The notes under the pieces are model-generated. The model was not told the DNA's origin. It did no database searches and saw only the letters and a list, made by a program, of their open reading frames with translations. A DNA stretch of 64,000 nt from Candidatus Hecatella orcuttiae (lineage in GTDB: Archaea > Thermoproteota > Bathyarchaeia > Hecatellales > Hecatellaceae), in the NCBI GenBank assembly GCA_002011035.2, contig MTLY02000002.1:96001-160000 (forward strand). The letters are read 5' to 3'. The translations under genes and the position numbers were made by a program. Numbering within the stretch: position 1 is the first letter of the stretch; every line of letters begins with the position of its first letter. This document shows positions 47,249 through 56,054 of this stretch, in pieces.

Positions 47249-47893
47249 ATGGAAAGGTTCGACGAAGACCTTGAAAGATTGACGGCGAAGCTGAATGAAG
47301 GGGAGCAAAGCGAAGTTAGCGCGGAGTTGAAGAGAGTTAAAGATAAACTGATAGATCTTCGAGAAAAGAACCTTGTGAAGATAAACCATTCCGTGCTGGA
47401 GATGGTCTGCGCTAAACATCTCATCAAGGCGGGATACTGCGTGGAGGTGGAGTACCAGCTTAACGACTGGCTGACATGCGACCTTTACGCTGTCAAGGGG
47501 GAGGGACGGCTTATTCTGGAAATCGAAACAGGCTTCACCCCGCCGGAGCATGCTTTGGACCCGTACACTTACAATAAAGCTCGAACGGCCAGTAAAATTG
47601 CGCGGTACAGCTCCTACGCCGACAAGTTTGTCCTCGGAACCACTCCGACGAATATTTTACCCATCCCCCCAGTTTTCCTGAAGCCGCCCAAATATCGGAG
47701 GGTGAGCGAAGTGAAGGAGGTGAAAACCCTGTGCGACGCTTACTACAGGAATCCCCCTGTCAGCTGCGAGGAGATAAAAAACTCACGCCTCCACGCCATC
47801 TACATCATCGACGTGGATAAAGGAACCGTGAGGGAAATCGACCCGGAAATCTACGTGGAAATCGCCTTCAAACTCCCCCTTATGCGGAAGTAG
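47249..47893 (+). CDS. Conserved archaeal hypothetical protein, PD-(D/E)xK-like pattern
   Basis: VEVEY..CDLYA..ILEIETG, SKIARYS. Confidence 0.6.
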   Translation: MERFDEDLERLTAKLNEGEQSEVSAELKRVKDKLIDLREKNLVKINHSVLEMVCAKHLIKAGYCVEVEYQLNDWLTCDLYAVKGEGRLILEIETGFTPPEHALDPYTYNKARTASKIARYSSYADKFVLGTTPTNILPIPPVFLKPPKYRRVSEVKEVKTLCDAYYRNPPVSCEEIKNSRLHAIYIIDVDKGTVREIDPEIYVEIAFKLPLMRK

Positions 47894-47996
47894 AACCGAC
47901 GTCAGCTGAGGAATATACTCGATAGTTTTATATCAACTAACCTAGCTAGTTCCTCATGCTTCTGCAAACAATTCCGCGGGCAAGCTAATGAGCGTC

Positions 47997-48074
47997 GCGG
48001 CCGTGGTCTAGCCTGGACTAGGACAGGGGCCCTCCAAGCCCCTAACCCGGGTTCGAATCCCGGCGGCCGCACCA
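47997..48074 (+). tRNA. tRNA-Gly(TCC) with C at position 33; integration target
   Basis: GCGGCCG acceptor, GGGGC-CCTCCAA-GCCCC arm, TTCGAAT, CCA. Confidence 0.93.
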
Positions 48075-48506
48075 CTCTGGAGCTGAATATGTACTTTTTA
48101 TTGGTCTGCTAGTATCCCTTTACCTGACTTCTAGCTAACTTGTCTTAGGCGTATGGCTAAACCTGAGCTAACATGGATCCAGCGAACTTAAAGCCTAGGC
48201 TTCGGATGTCATGGTGGGTGTGGACCCTATGCCCCATCATGGTCCACATAATCGAAGACAGCAAGAAGAACCTGTACTCGTTCTTATAGATGCACGCAAA
48301 AGAAGACAGCCTAACCCCTTGAGTATTGTTTCTCTCACTTACCCACCCTCTTGAATTAGACATTTAGCTATGTTTATATCTTGGCTTAGCTATATTTTAA
48401 GAGTTAGCTTTAGGGAAATGGGCGAAGGCTAAACTGCGTGCCCCGCTTTTTACCTCGCTACTATTTCTTAATGTTCTAACTTAAATTGAGCGAGGTGAAA
48501 AGCATC

Positions 48507-48731
48507 ATGAGTTACCAAAGAGATTTTGGAAGTAGGAGTTTCAGAAAACCGGCGCCTGTTGAAGCTGGGAAAGAGTACGAGGTAACGATAACCGAAACGA
48601 GCCGTCGAGGAGACGGCGTAGCTAGGATTCAAGGATTCATAATTTTTGTAGCCAGTGCTAAGCGCGGGGAACAGGTGAAAATCAGAATAACAGATGTGAA
48701 AAGTAGGTTTGCACAGGCAGTAATCGCATAG
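48507..48731 (+). CDS. Single TRAM-domain RNA chaperone
   Basis: APVEAGKEYEVTI..SRRGDGVARIQGFIIFV. Confidence 0.9.
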   Translation: MSYQRDFGSRSFRKPAPVEAGKEYEVTITETSRRGDGVARIQGFIIFVASAKRGEQVKIRITDVKSRFAQAVIA

Positions 48732-48832
48732 TGATACAGTCAAGGCCTATGCAAACCAGTCTCGTATTTACAATTGGATGCAAGCGGTATGAGCTAAATT
48801 CAAAAAGAATACATTCGTAGAAGGTTTCTATC

Positions 48833-50020
48833 ATGAAGATTGCTTATATTTCCACATATCCTCCGACATCCTGCGGGATAGCTGAATATACCAGAAACCT
48901 TGCTGAGGCTACCAGTAGGCTTACCGGCGTTAACGTTACCGTACTTTCAGACAATTTTGGGAATTCTGCGGCTCGAATAGACGAGCTGGGAATACTAGTG
49001 ATCCCGTCGTTTTCTCCAAGTAAGCTGAGCTATGGGAGTCTTCTGAAGGTCGCCAGCGAACATGGACCCTTCGACGTGATTCATGTGCAACATGAATATG
49101 GATTGTTCAGGCCCACGGTTAGGACGTTGGAAGCCTTTAAAGGATTAAAAAAGCACTGTAGGAGGCTCACGGTGACAATGCACACGGTCGTCAGCTCCTT
49201 CAGGAAGAGGATTGCTGAGCATCAGGAGAGACTCTGCAGGACATCAGATACCGTAATAGTTCACAACACTGCTCAGGAGTATGAGCTCCTGTCTCAAGGG
49301 GTAGATCCGGCGAAGGTGCAGAAGATTCCCCATGGAACTTGCATAATAGGTTTTTCAAGGATAGACAAAGGTGAAACCCTTAAAAAGCTGAATCTATCCA
49401 GTTTGAACGGCAAGTTTCTCTTCGTTTGCCCAGGTTTCATTAGACGGGATAAAGGCCAAAATACTCTCATAAAGGCGTTTAGCAGGGTTCATGAAAAGCT
49501 TCCAAACACGGCCTGCATAATAGCAGGTATTCCTCCGAGAGTAAACGGAGCTGAACTTGTTGCCAACGTAGAGTCAAGTCTAACAGCCGACGGCGTGAAC
49601 GGAATGATAACTATGAAGAAATATTTGACAAATGATGAGCTTGACCTTATACTTAAAGCGGCGGATGTCGTCGTTTTTCCCTATAAGGATCAGCGGGGAA
49701 TATGGAGTGTAAGCGGAGCCTTCCATAAAGCTGTGGGATGCTTTAAGCCTGTGATATGTAGCAGGGTTCCAAGACTTGCAGAGTGCTCTATGATGGCGCC
49801 GGACATTACGGTGCCTAAAAACGATGTGAACGCTTTAGCTGAAAAAATGATGACAGCCGCAACTCATTATGAAGGATTTCTGAAGAAATGCAGACCGCTG
49901 ATGGAATTAGCTCTATCAACTTCCTGGCAGAAAATAGCTAAAATGCATTTAAACCTATACCAGCAAGCCCTCACCAAACATGAAAGACTTACGGCTAAGA
50001 CGATGAAAATTACCTTTTAA
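48833..50020 (+). CDS. GT4 family glycosyltransferase
   Basis: ISTYPPTSCGIAEYT, HVQHEYGLF, IPHG, ADVVVFPY. Confidence 0.88.
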   Translation: MKIAYISTYPPTSCGIAEYTRNLAEATSRLTGVNVTVLSDNFGNSAARIDELGILVIPSFSPSKLSYGSLLKVASEHGPFDVIHVQHEYGLFRPTVRTLEAFKGLKKHCRRLTVTMHTVVSSFRKRIAEHQERLCRTSDTVIVHNTAQEYELLSQGVDPAKVQKIPHGTCIIGFSRIDKGETLKKLNLSSLNGKFLFVCPGFIRRDKGQNTLIKAFSRVHEKLPNTACIIAGIPPRVNGAELVANVESSLTADGVNGMITMKKYLTNDELDLILKAADVVVFPYKDQRGIWSVSGAFHKAVGCFKPVICSRVPRLAECSMMAPDITVPKNDVNALAEKMMTAATHYEGFLKKCRPLMELALSTSWQKIAKMHLNLYQQALTKHERLTAKTMKITF

Positions 50021-50109
50021 TAGATGAAGAGGCTTAAACTTCTAAAATTACGAATATTTCATTTAAAGGAATAACCATGAAAATTAAACCTATTCAGCAT
50101 TAGCACGGT

Positions 50110-50129
50110 GAATCCTGGCAGCCGCACCA
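50110..50129 (+). repeat. Degenerate att-like copy of the tRNA-Gly 3' end
   Basis: GAATCCTGGCAGCCGCACCA versus tRNA GAATCCCGGCGGCCGCACCA (18/20). Confidence 0.75.
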
Positions 50130-50327
50130 AAAACCATCAGCAGAGATTAGAATGTGCATACTCTAACTTTCATTAGGTTCTAGAGCTTAAGAAACATTTG
50201 GCACTTTCAAGGTTCATTGGAAACAGCGGTAAACTTGCCGTATGTTTTAATCAGTCCTCTGTTTCAGTTGCGTGATCCAATAGTTCTTCGTTTATTCTTT
50301 GTTACTGGTAACTTTTCTTTCGAATCA

Positions 50328-51197
50328 TCATTCAAGATTCAAATTCAATAAATTCAGAATTGCCTCCTCAACGTCTCCTACCGTTGCGCCCCAAGATACG
50401 TAGGTAACGTTCCCTTCACGTTCGTATCCTTTGTCGATAGCGCAGCATCGGCTGATACATTTTTCTCCAACACCTTGCTGGGCGACTATCTTCTTAGGGC
50501 AGATATCAATAAGTGTCGGTTGTTCCCTGTATAGAGTGGTGAATGTTCTCAGTGAGAGTTCACATCCGATCAGCGTGATGTTATTTAAACCTAATTTGGA
50601 TAAGTCTGGTGCCTGGTCAAGATATAAGGTATTTTTTCCACATTTTAAAGTGGGGGTATGGCATGGAAACATTACGTATCTTGTCTTTCTTGCCCGAGCC
50701 AGCTTATTCAAATCCACAAGTCTCGGAACAATTTTTATCGGCTTCCTTATCCTGCCAGTGCCTAAGGCCGATTCTGCCAATTTCACAAGTTTCGGAGGCT
50801 TGGGGGGTATAACATCGAATATTATTAGTGGCGTAGATGTTTCTTTATGGACAAAGGAGATGTGTTCAAATTTGCCTTTCACTATCACTGTCTCTTTTCC
50901 GATTTCTTCTACTATTTTCGCCATTGCACTTGGATTCAAGACGTCCAAGCTTGCATCCTCTACGTATGCTGTGTTGGCTGGCAACGAGATGATTTCTACC
51001 TTTTTTATTCCCAGAAATAACTCTCGGCCTTCCACTTTATTTATTCTCGCAACCGCCCAATCTCTGCCATTGTTTAGTATTACATAATTAGTGACAGTAT
51101 ATACTAACTTCCCAAGAGTCTTTTTCGTGATAGCATTTTCGGTCAGAGGAAAGGAAACTCTTTTTACGCTCACTTCACGGCAATGTTGCGGTATCAT
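50328..51197 (-). CDS. Uncharacterised Cys-rich protein
   Basis: 289-aa ORF following nadA; FPC, IGC, DICP, RCC. Confidence 0.75.
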   Translation of the reverse strand: MIPQHCREVSVKRVSFPLTENAITKKTLGKLVYTVTNYVILNNGRDWAVARINKVEGRELFLGIKKVEIISLPANTAYVEDASLDVLNPSAMAKIVEEIGKETVIVKGKFEHISFVHKETSTPLIIFDVIPPKPPKLVKLAESALGTGRIRKPIKIVPRLVDLNKLARARKTRYVMFPCHTPTLKCGKNTLYLDQAPDLSKLGLNNITLIGCELSLRTFTTLYREQPTLIDICPKKIVAQQGVGEKCISRCCAIDKGYEREGNVTYVSWGATVGDVEEAILNLLNLNLE

Positions 51198-51211
51198 ATT
51201 TACACCCGCAC

Positions 51212-52147
51212 TTAGTCTCCCCTGCCGAAAGCTAACATCTTCTCTACAGGATGCCTAGCTCTCTCGATCACGTCCTCAGAGAAGCTCACTCTAGGCTCCA
51301 ATATTTCTAACGCATTAAGGATGTTCTCCAATTTTATCTTCTTCTGAGTTCTGCAGAAGGCCTTCTCTACAGGGTAAAATTTTTTACCGGGGTTATCTTC
51401 CATCATTCGATTGATCAGCTCCAGCTCCGTTCCGACTATGAATTCCTTCTCCAAAGAATTTGCCACATATTTTAGCATCCCGTCGGTCGAAAGTACGACG
51501 TGGGCTAGGTCAACTACGTCGGGTGTGCATTCCGGATGTATGAGTATCTTTGCATGTGGATGGGCTTTGGTGAGTTTAAGGATGTCGCTCCTTTGAATCA
51601 TTTGGTGTACGGTGCAGAAACCGGGCCATGCTATTATTTCTTTGTCTGGAACAAACCTTTTCACGTAGGAGGCAAGATTCTGGTCCGGAACAAAGATCAC
51701 CTTTTTTGTATTCAGCGATGTCACGATTTTCACAGCATTTGATGAAGTACAGCATACGTCCATTTCACATTTGCATTCTGCTGATGTATTGAGATAACCG
51801 ACTACTTTAGCGTCCGGATGAATTTCTTTCATAGTTTTTAATTCTTCACGTGTAATCATCGCTGCCATGGGACACTTGGCATTCTCATTAGCGTACAGAA
51901 CAGTTTTATGCGGAGCTAAAATTTTTGCGGTTTCGACCATGAAATCCGGACCGCAAAAAACAATGATATGTTGTTTAACATTTTTTGCAAGCATTGCCAA
52001 GGACAACGTATCACCAACATAATCCGCAACAAACTGAATTTCATGACTCTGATAGTTATGTGCCAAGATAACGGCATCTCTTTCTCTTTTTAATTGGATT
52101 ATCTTCTCCACCAAATCTAGTAAATTATCTGCGGACGCAAAGCTCAA
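51212..52147 (-). CDS. nadA: Quinolinate synthase A
   Basis: ILAHNYQ, CPMA, CCTSSNA, PDQNL, C.VH, HPEC, GTE. Confidence 0.93.
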   Translation of the reverse strand: MSFASADNLLDLVEKIIQLKRERDAVILAHNYQSHEIQFVADYVGDTLSLAMLAKNVKQHIIVFCGPDFMVETAKILAPHKTVLYANENAKCPMAAMITREELKTMKEIHPDAKVVGYLNTSAECKCEMDVCCTSSNAVKIVTSLNTKKVIFVPDQNLASYVKRFVPDKEIIAWPGFCTVHQMIQRSDILKLTKAHPHAKILIHPECTPDVVDLAHVVLSTDGMLKYVANSLEKEFIVGTELELINRMMEDNPGKKFYPVEKAFCRTQKKIKLENILNALEILEPRVSFSEDVIERARHPVEKMLAFGRGD

Positions 52148-52221
52148 GTGAGTCCACCTATCCTATTACAAGTTCGGTGAGAACCTATGTTTCTTCAGAG
52201 CAAAAGAAGAGAAAACCGGTA

Positions 52222-52620
52222 CTAATGACAACTCGCTCCACTGCGAGAGCTTTTACCTGTTAATGAGGATGGATCAAGTCCCTCTAGTTTCAGCTTCTTC
52301 ATCACAAACCCTTTAACATCCATTAAGAGAGGGTTTCCATTCCTTTTAGCAATGTCGAAAACAGGTTTCGCCATGTAAACTGGAATTCCAACAGGGGTGT
52401 CCACCCTTACGAATGCTTCTCCAGGGTTTCCCCCCTCCACCATTATGGTATTAAGATATGGTACAGAGTGACTGGCATCGCTTCCACCGCATCCTCCGCC
52501 TCCAGATCTAAAACCGAGATTTACAAGAATTGACGGATTGCTTAATCTACTCTTCTTTATGAAGGCTAAAGCCCTTTCTGTGAATTGAATATTTACCCCA
52601 GAACTATCGGACATACTCAC
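52222..52620 (-). CDS. HesB/IscA-like small protein
   Basis: IQFTERALAFI..GGGCG, GIPVY; C-terminal SCH. Confidence 0.6.
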   Translation of the reverse strand: MSMSDSSGVNIQFTERALAFIKKSRLSNPSILVNLGFRSGGGGCGGSDASHSVPYLNTIMVEGGNPGEAFVRVDTPVGIPVYMAKPVFDIAKRNGNPLLMDVKGFVMKKLKLEGLDPSSLTGKSSRSGASCH

Positions 52621-53009
52621 TTTTCATTCACTATATTTTTAGATAGATTACTTAGCTAAAATACATTTGTATTTCCTTTCACCAAAGGAAAAGCTTGGGT
52701 AGGTTTGTTAAATGAAATCTTTTGGCATATTTTTTTCTCAGAGAAGCAAATTAACAGTCTAACAATTGAAGAAAGGAACATAATAATTCATACTTCGGCC
52801 GGTTCAAGTGAAAGGCTTAAGAGAGAGCTTTCATCGACTACAATTAACTAGAAAGGTACGAAGGAAGAGCCCAGCCTCTAAAATCACATACGCTTCAAAG
52901 CTTCGGTAGAGATTATATTCTTCAGAGCTAAAGAGCTTAATCTCATAAGAGAAGAATGAATCAGTAAGGAGCATGTTCTTTGAAGCCATGAAATAAATAT
53001 CTACACGGT

Positions 53010-53330
53010 TTACCATCTTAATCTACGAAGTCTTCTCACATCAAGGGTATCATAATGCCTATGTACGTTGATGATCAGGAGTAAAGCTATAGTTGCCACT
53101 GCAGCCCCTATAACAATCGATACAATGACTACACTCTGGGCTAAGGCATCGACTGATGCGGATAGAGAAATACTCTGCCCCAAAGCTATGAAGTTTAGAT
53201 TGACGGCTGACGTGATTATCTCTATTCCTATAACTATTACTATCATGTTCCTTTTTACGGCAATAGTGTAAACGCCTATAATAAAAAGAACAGCTGCTGC
53301 GGCAATATACCAAGTTGGATTTACTACCAT
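53010..53330 (-). CDS. nuoK: NuoK-like membrane subunit (orphan)
   Basis: LFIIGVY..KRN..GIEI..AVNLNF..LRRLRW. Confidence 0.82.
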   Translation of the reverse strand: MVVNPTWYIAAAAVLFIIGVYTIAVKRNMIVIVIGIEIITSAVNLNFIALGQSISLSASVDALAQSVVIVSIVIGAAVATIALLLIINVHRHYDTLDVRRLRRLRW

Positions 53331-53378
53331 GAGTCAACCTTCTTCGATAACTCACAATAATAAAGTTCCCATCTGCCC

Positions 53379-53633
53379 TTACCATTTCTTTACAGTGTGC
53401 AAAGTTACAAGAAATAAGACAACAACAGCGCCAGCATTGATCAGGATCTGAAGACCGGCGACCAAAGGAGCGCCCAAAATGAAAAACATCACACCAACGA
53501 GAATGTTCATGAAAAAGAAGGCGGCGACATTCTTCGGAAGCCTAGATTCGCAACACAATAGAGCCGCTATGATAGTTAAGCCGATTATCATGAGTTGGAG
53601 GATCTCATAAAGAGATATTTCCATTCTTTCCAT
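53379..53633 (-). CDS. NuoJ N-terminal-half-like membrane subunit (orphan)
   Basis: FFILGAPLVAGLQILINAGAVVVLFL. Confidence 0.75.
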   Translation of the reverse strand: MERMEISLYEILQLMIIGLTIIAALLCCESRLPKNVAAFFFMNILVGVMFFILGAPLVAGLQILINAGAVVVLFLVTLHTVKKW

Positions 53634-53737
53634 CTACCGCAAAGACAGACGCAGATACACTTCGTTCTATTTTCACCCTTATAACACCATAAATAAAGAA
53701 AACTTTACCCATAGCATTGGGCAGTTCTGTTCGAGGT

Positions 53738-53890
53738 TTAATGATGCATGCCTACGTACTTCGCCGGGTCCTCGTCGAACTTAGCTTTACAGCCGGCAGC
53801 ACAGAAGTAGTAGGTTTTACCCATATGCTCCGACTTATATTGTGCTGTTTTCTCATCGACCTCCATCCCGCAAATAGGATCTTTCGCCAA
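53738..53890 (-). CDS. 50-aa YHS/TRASH metallochaperone (not in the ORF track)
   Basis: MAKDPICGMEVD..GKTYYFCAAGCKAKFDEDPAKY; GAGGTGAT 5 nt before TTG. Confidence 0.9.
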   Translation of the reverse strand: MAKDPICGMEVDEKTAQYKSEHMGKTYYFCAAGCKAKFDEDPAKYVGMHH

Positions 53891-54252
53891 GACATATCAC
53901 CTCTTCCAACTTGTTCATTTTCGGGAAGATATGATGGAATATCATTTAAAATGATTGTTATTTCTATTCGAATAAAATGAAAGAAACCGTGATGGTATTC
54001 TCAATAAACATCGTTCCCGTTTTTTTATGTAAAAAGAAAAATAGACAGTAAATAGTTTAGTGATTCAGGAAAGATATGGTATAAGAGGCGATATATCTCC
54101 ATTTCCAAAAAATGTCAAGAATATTCTGCTGATATCTCTTGAAAACTTTACTGAATATTTATTTGTTAAAGTGCAATTAAGCTGATGTAATTTTGATGAG
54201 AGAAAAAGAATTATTAGTCTATAAGTCGAATAATAGAAAATAGGGAGATAAT

Positions 54253-54858
54253 ATGTCTTCCATAGTAATCGACAAAGTTGATACAGGTATAATTCAGGCA
54301 CTTCAGAAAGACAGCAGAACATCATTGAAAGAGATCTCAAGATTAGTGGGCATCAGTGTACCTACCGCGCGCGCAAGAATTCAGCGACTCGAAGATCTCG
54401 GAGTCATAAAAAGATTCACAGTAGCTATAGACCCACAGAAACTGGTAGGAGGTATAACCGTCTTGCTCCATTTAGATGTAAAACTTCCAAACATCAAGGC
54501 TGTCGGAGAAAGGCTTTCACAAATGGAGGAAGTTACAGAAACCTACTTAACCACTGGAGAATACGATGTCGTTGCTAAGATCTGTGTACCGGACATGCGT
54601 TCTCTCGAAGAGTTCATCGCCCACAAGTTAAGCGAAGTTCCTGGTATAGAACACGCCCACAGTAGCATAATTGTGGAGACTTTAAAAGAGTTATACGGAC
54701 CGGTTCTACGTCCAGGATTCGGCATCAGGCTTTCCTGTTACTATTGTAAGCGAGAGATAGCTAAAGACCCGGTAAGAAAGACTATAAATGAAAGGGAGTA
54801 TTATTTCTGCTGCGATACCTGCGCTTCTACCTACCAGCAAAGGTTCATAAAAAGCTGA
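54253..54858 (+). CDS. CopR-like regulator (Lrp HTH + AsnC + TRASH)
   Basis: Lrp HTH, TTGEYD, CYYC..YYFCCDTC. Confidence 0.88.
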   Translation: MSSIVIDKVDTGIIQALQKDSRTSLKEISRLVGISVPTARARIQRLEDLGVIKRFTVAIDPQKLVGGITVLLHLDVKLPNIKAVGERLSQMEEVTETYLTTGEYDVVAKICVPDMRSLEEFIAHKLSEVPGIEHAHSSIIVETLKELYGPVLRPGFGIRLSCYYCKREIAKDPVRKTINEREYYFCCDTCASTYQQRFIKS

Positions 54859-55253
54859 ACCTCTGGTTTCTGTTCTTGATCAGTCTGTATGCCCTGATAA
54901 CTCCTACCGGGTCTTTCCACAGATAGGCAGAACACCTGCAATATTAGAGAACTTTTCGGCTATCCCGTAATCTGCGATGACCCTTTTGCACGACTCCAAG
55001 GTTATGGAAATGGAGGAAACCCTTTTTTAGAGTCAGGTGGTAATCGACTCTCCGGTAGCATATTGTGAAAGCTTTTGGCCATCCAGCATGTTTCCATTGC
55101 TTTTTCACTAAAACAACCTTCAAGATATAAGTACTCTAGGTTAAGAAATCAGCTCTAAATTTAGTGAAAAGTAAAACGCTTCTCTCTTCATATTTTGGAA
55201 AGAGGAAAAGAAAGGGATATAGAAGGTTGCCAACAGATAACAAGTGGAGGATA

Positions 55254-55841
55254 ATGATGCTTCTAGAGCTTGACAACATTGATATAAACATCCTTAAAAT
55301 ACTTCAGAAAAACAGTAGAATATCTTTGAAAGCTATCTCCAAACTAGTAAAGACCAGTGTACCCACAGTCCGTACAAGAATAGAAAAAATGTTCGAACTA
55401 GGAATCATAAAACGATTCACAATAGCCATCGACAGTCAAAAGCTCCCAAGAGGTACTGAAGCGTTCATTAGCCTTCAAGTTAAGTTGCCAGAAGTTAAGG
55501 AAGTGGTTGAGGTTCTCTCAAAAATGGATGAAGTTACCGCGATTTACCACACCAGCGGAGAATATAACCTCATAATAAGGGTATGGTTGCAGGATATACG
55601 TTCACTTCCAGACTTCATTATCTGCAAGTTAAGCACTATAGAAACTATAAGGAGTTTCCAATGTAGCATACTCGTCGAAAGCTTCAAGGAACATTATGGG
55701 CCCGTGCTAAAGCATGAGTTAGGGTTAAAGCTATTATGCTTCTATTGCAGAAAAGATATCACAGATGATCTCGTTACGAAGACCATAAACGGCGCTGAGC
55801 AATATTTTTGTTGCGAGACGTGCGCCTCGGCTATACGCTAA
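55254..55841 (+). CDS. Second CopR-like regulator (Lrp HTH + AsnC + TRASH)
   Basis: Paralog of 54253; CFYC..YFCCETC. Confidence 0.85.
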   Translation: MMLLELDNIDINILKILQKNSRISLKAISKLVKTSVPTVRTRIEKMFELGIIKRFTIAIDSQKLPRGTEAFISLQVKLPEVKEVVEVLSKMDEVTAIYHTSGEYNLIIRVWLQDIRSLPDFIICKLSTIETIRSFQCSILVESFKEHYGPVLKHELGLKLLCFYCRKDITDDLVTKTINGAEQYFCCETCASAIR

Positions 55842-56054
55842 GAATGGAGTTATCCTCTGGATCTCTTTTCCCATCGTGGTACTATTATTGCCATCAAAAT
55901 TTACCTATCCGCCAAAAATTTCTGATAAAATTCGATAAAGAAATAATTCAGCTCCATGTTGTTAGATAAACAATAAAGGACAACCAAATTATACCGACGG
56001 TATCCATTTAACTATACACATTAGTGGGAGTGAGTGAAAGAGGGCTGATTAGAT

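Noticed and set aside
52222-52620. Selenoprotein recoding in the HesB-like gene or pscS
   Set aside because: No in-frame TGA at Cys positions and no SECIS-like hairpin identified
53717-53980. 87-aa plus-strand ORF
   Set aside because: Antisense to the real YHS gene
54860-55100. Possible minus-strand gene remnant between the two copR genes
   Set aside because: Interrupted frames and no family recognised
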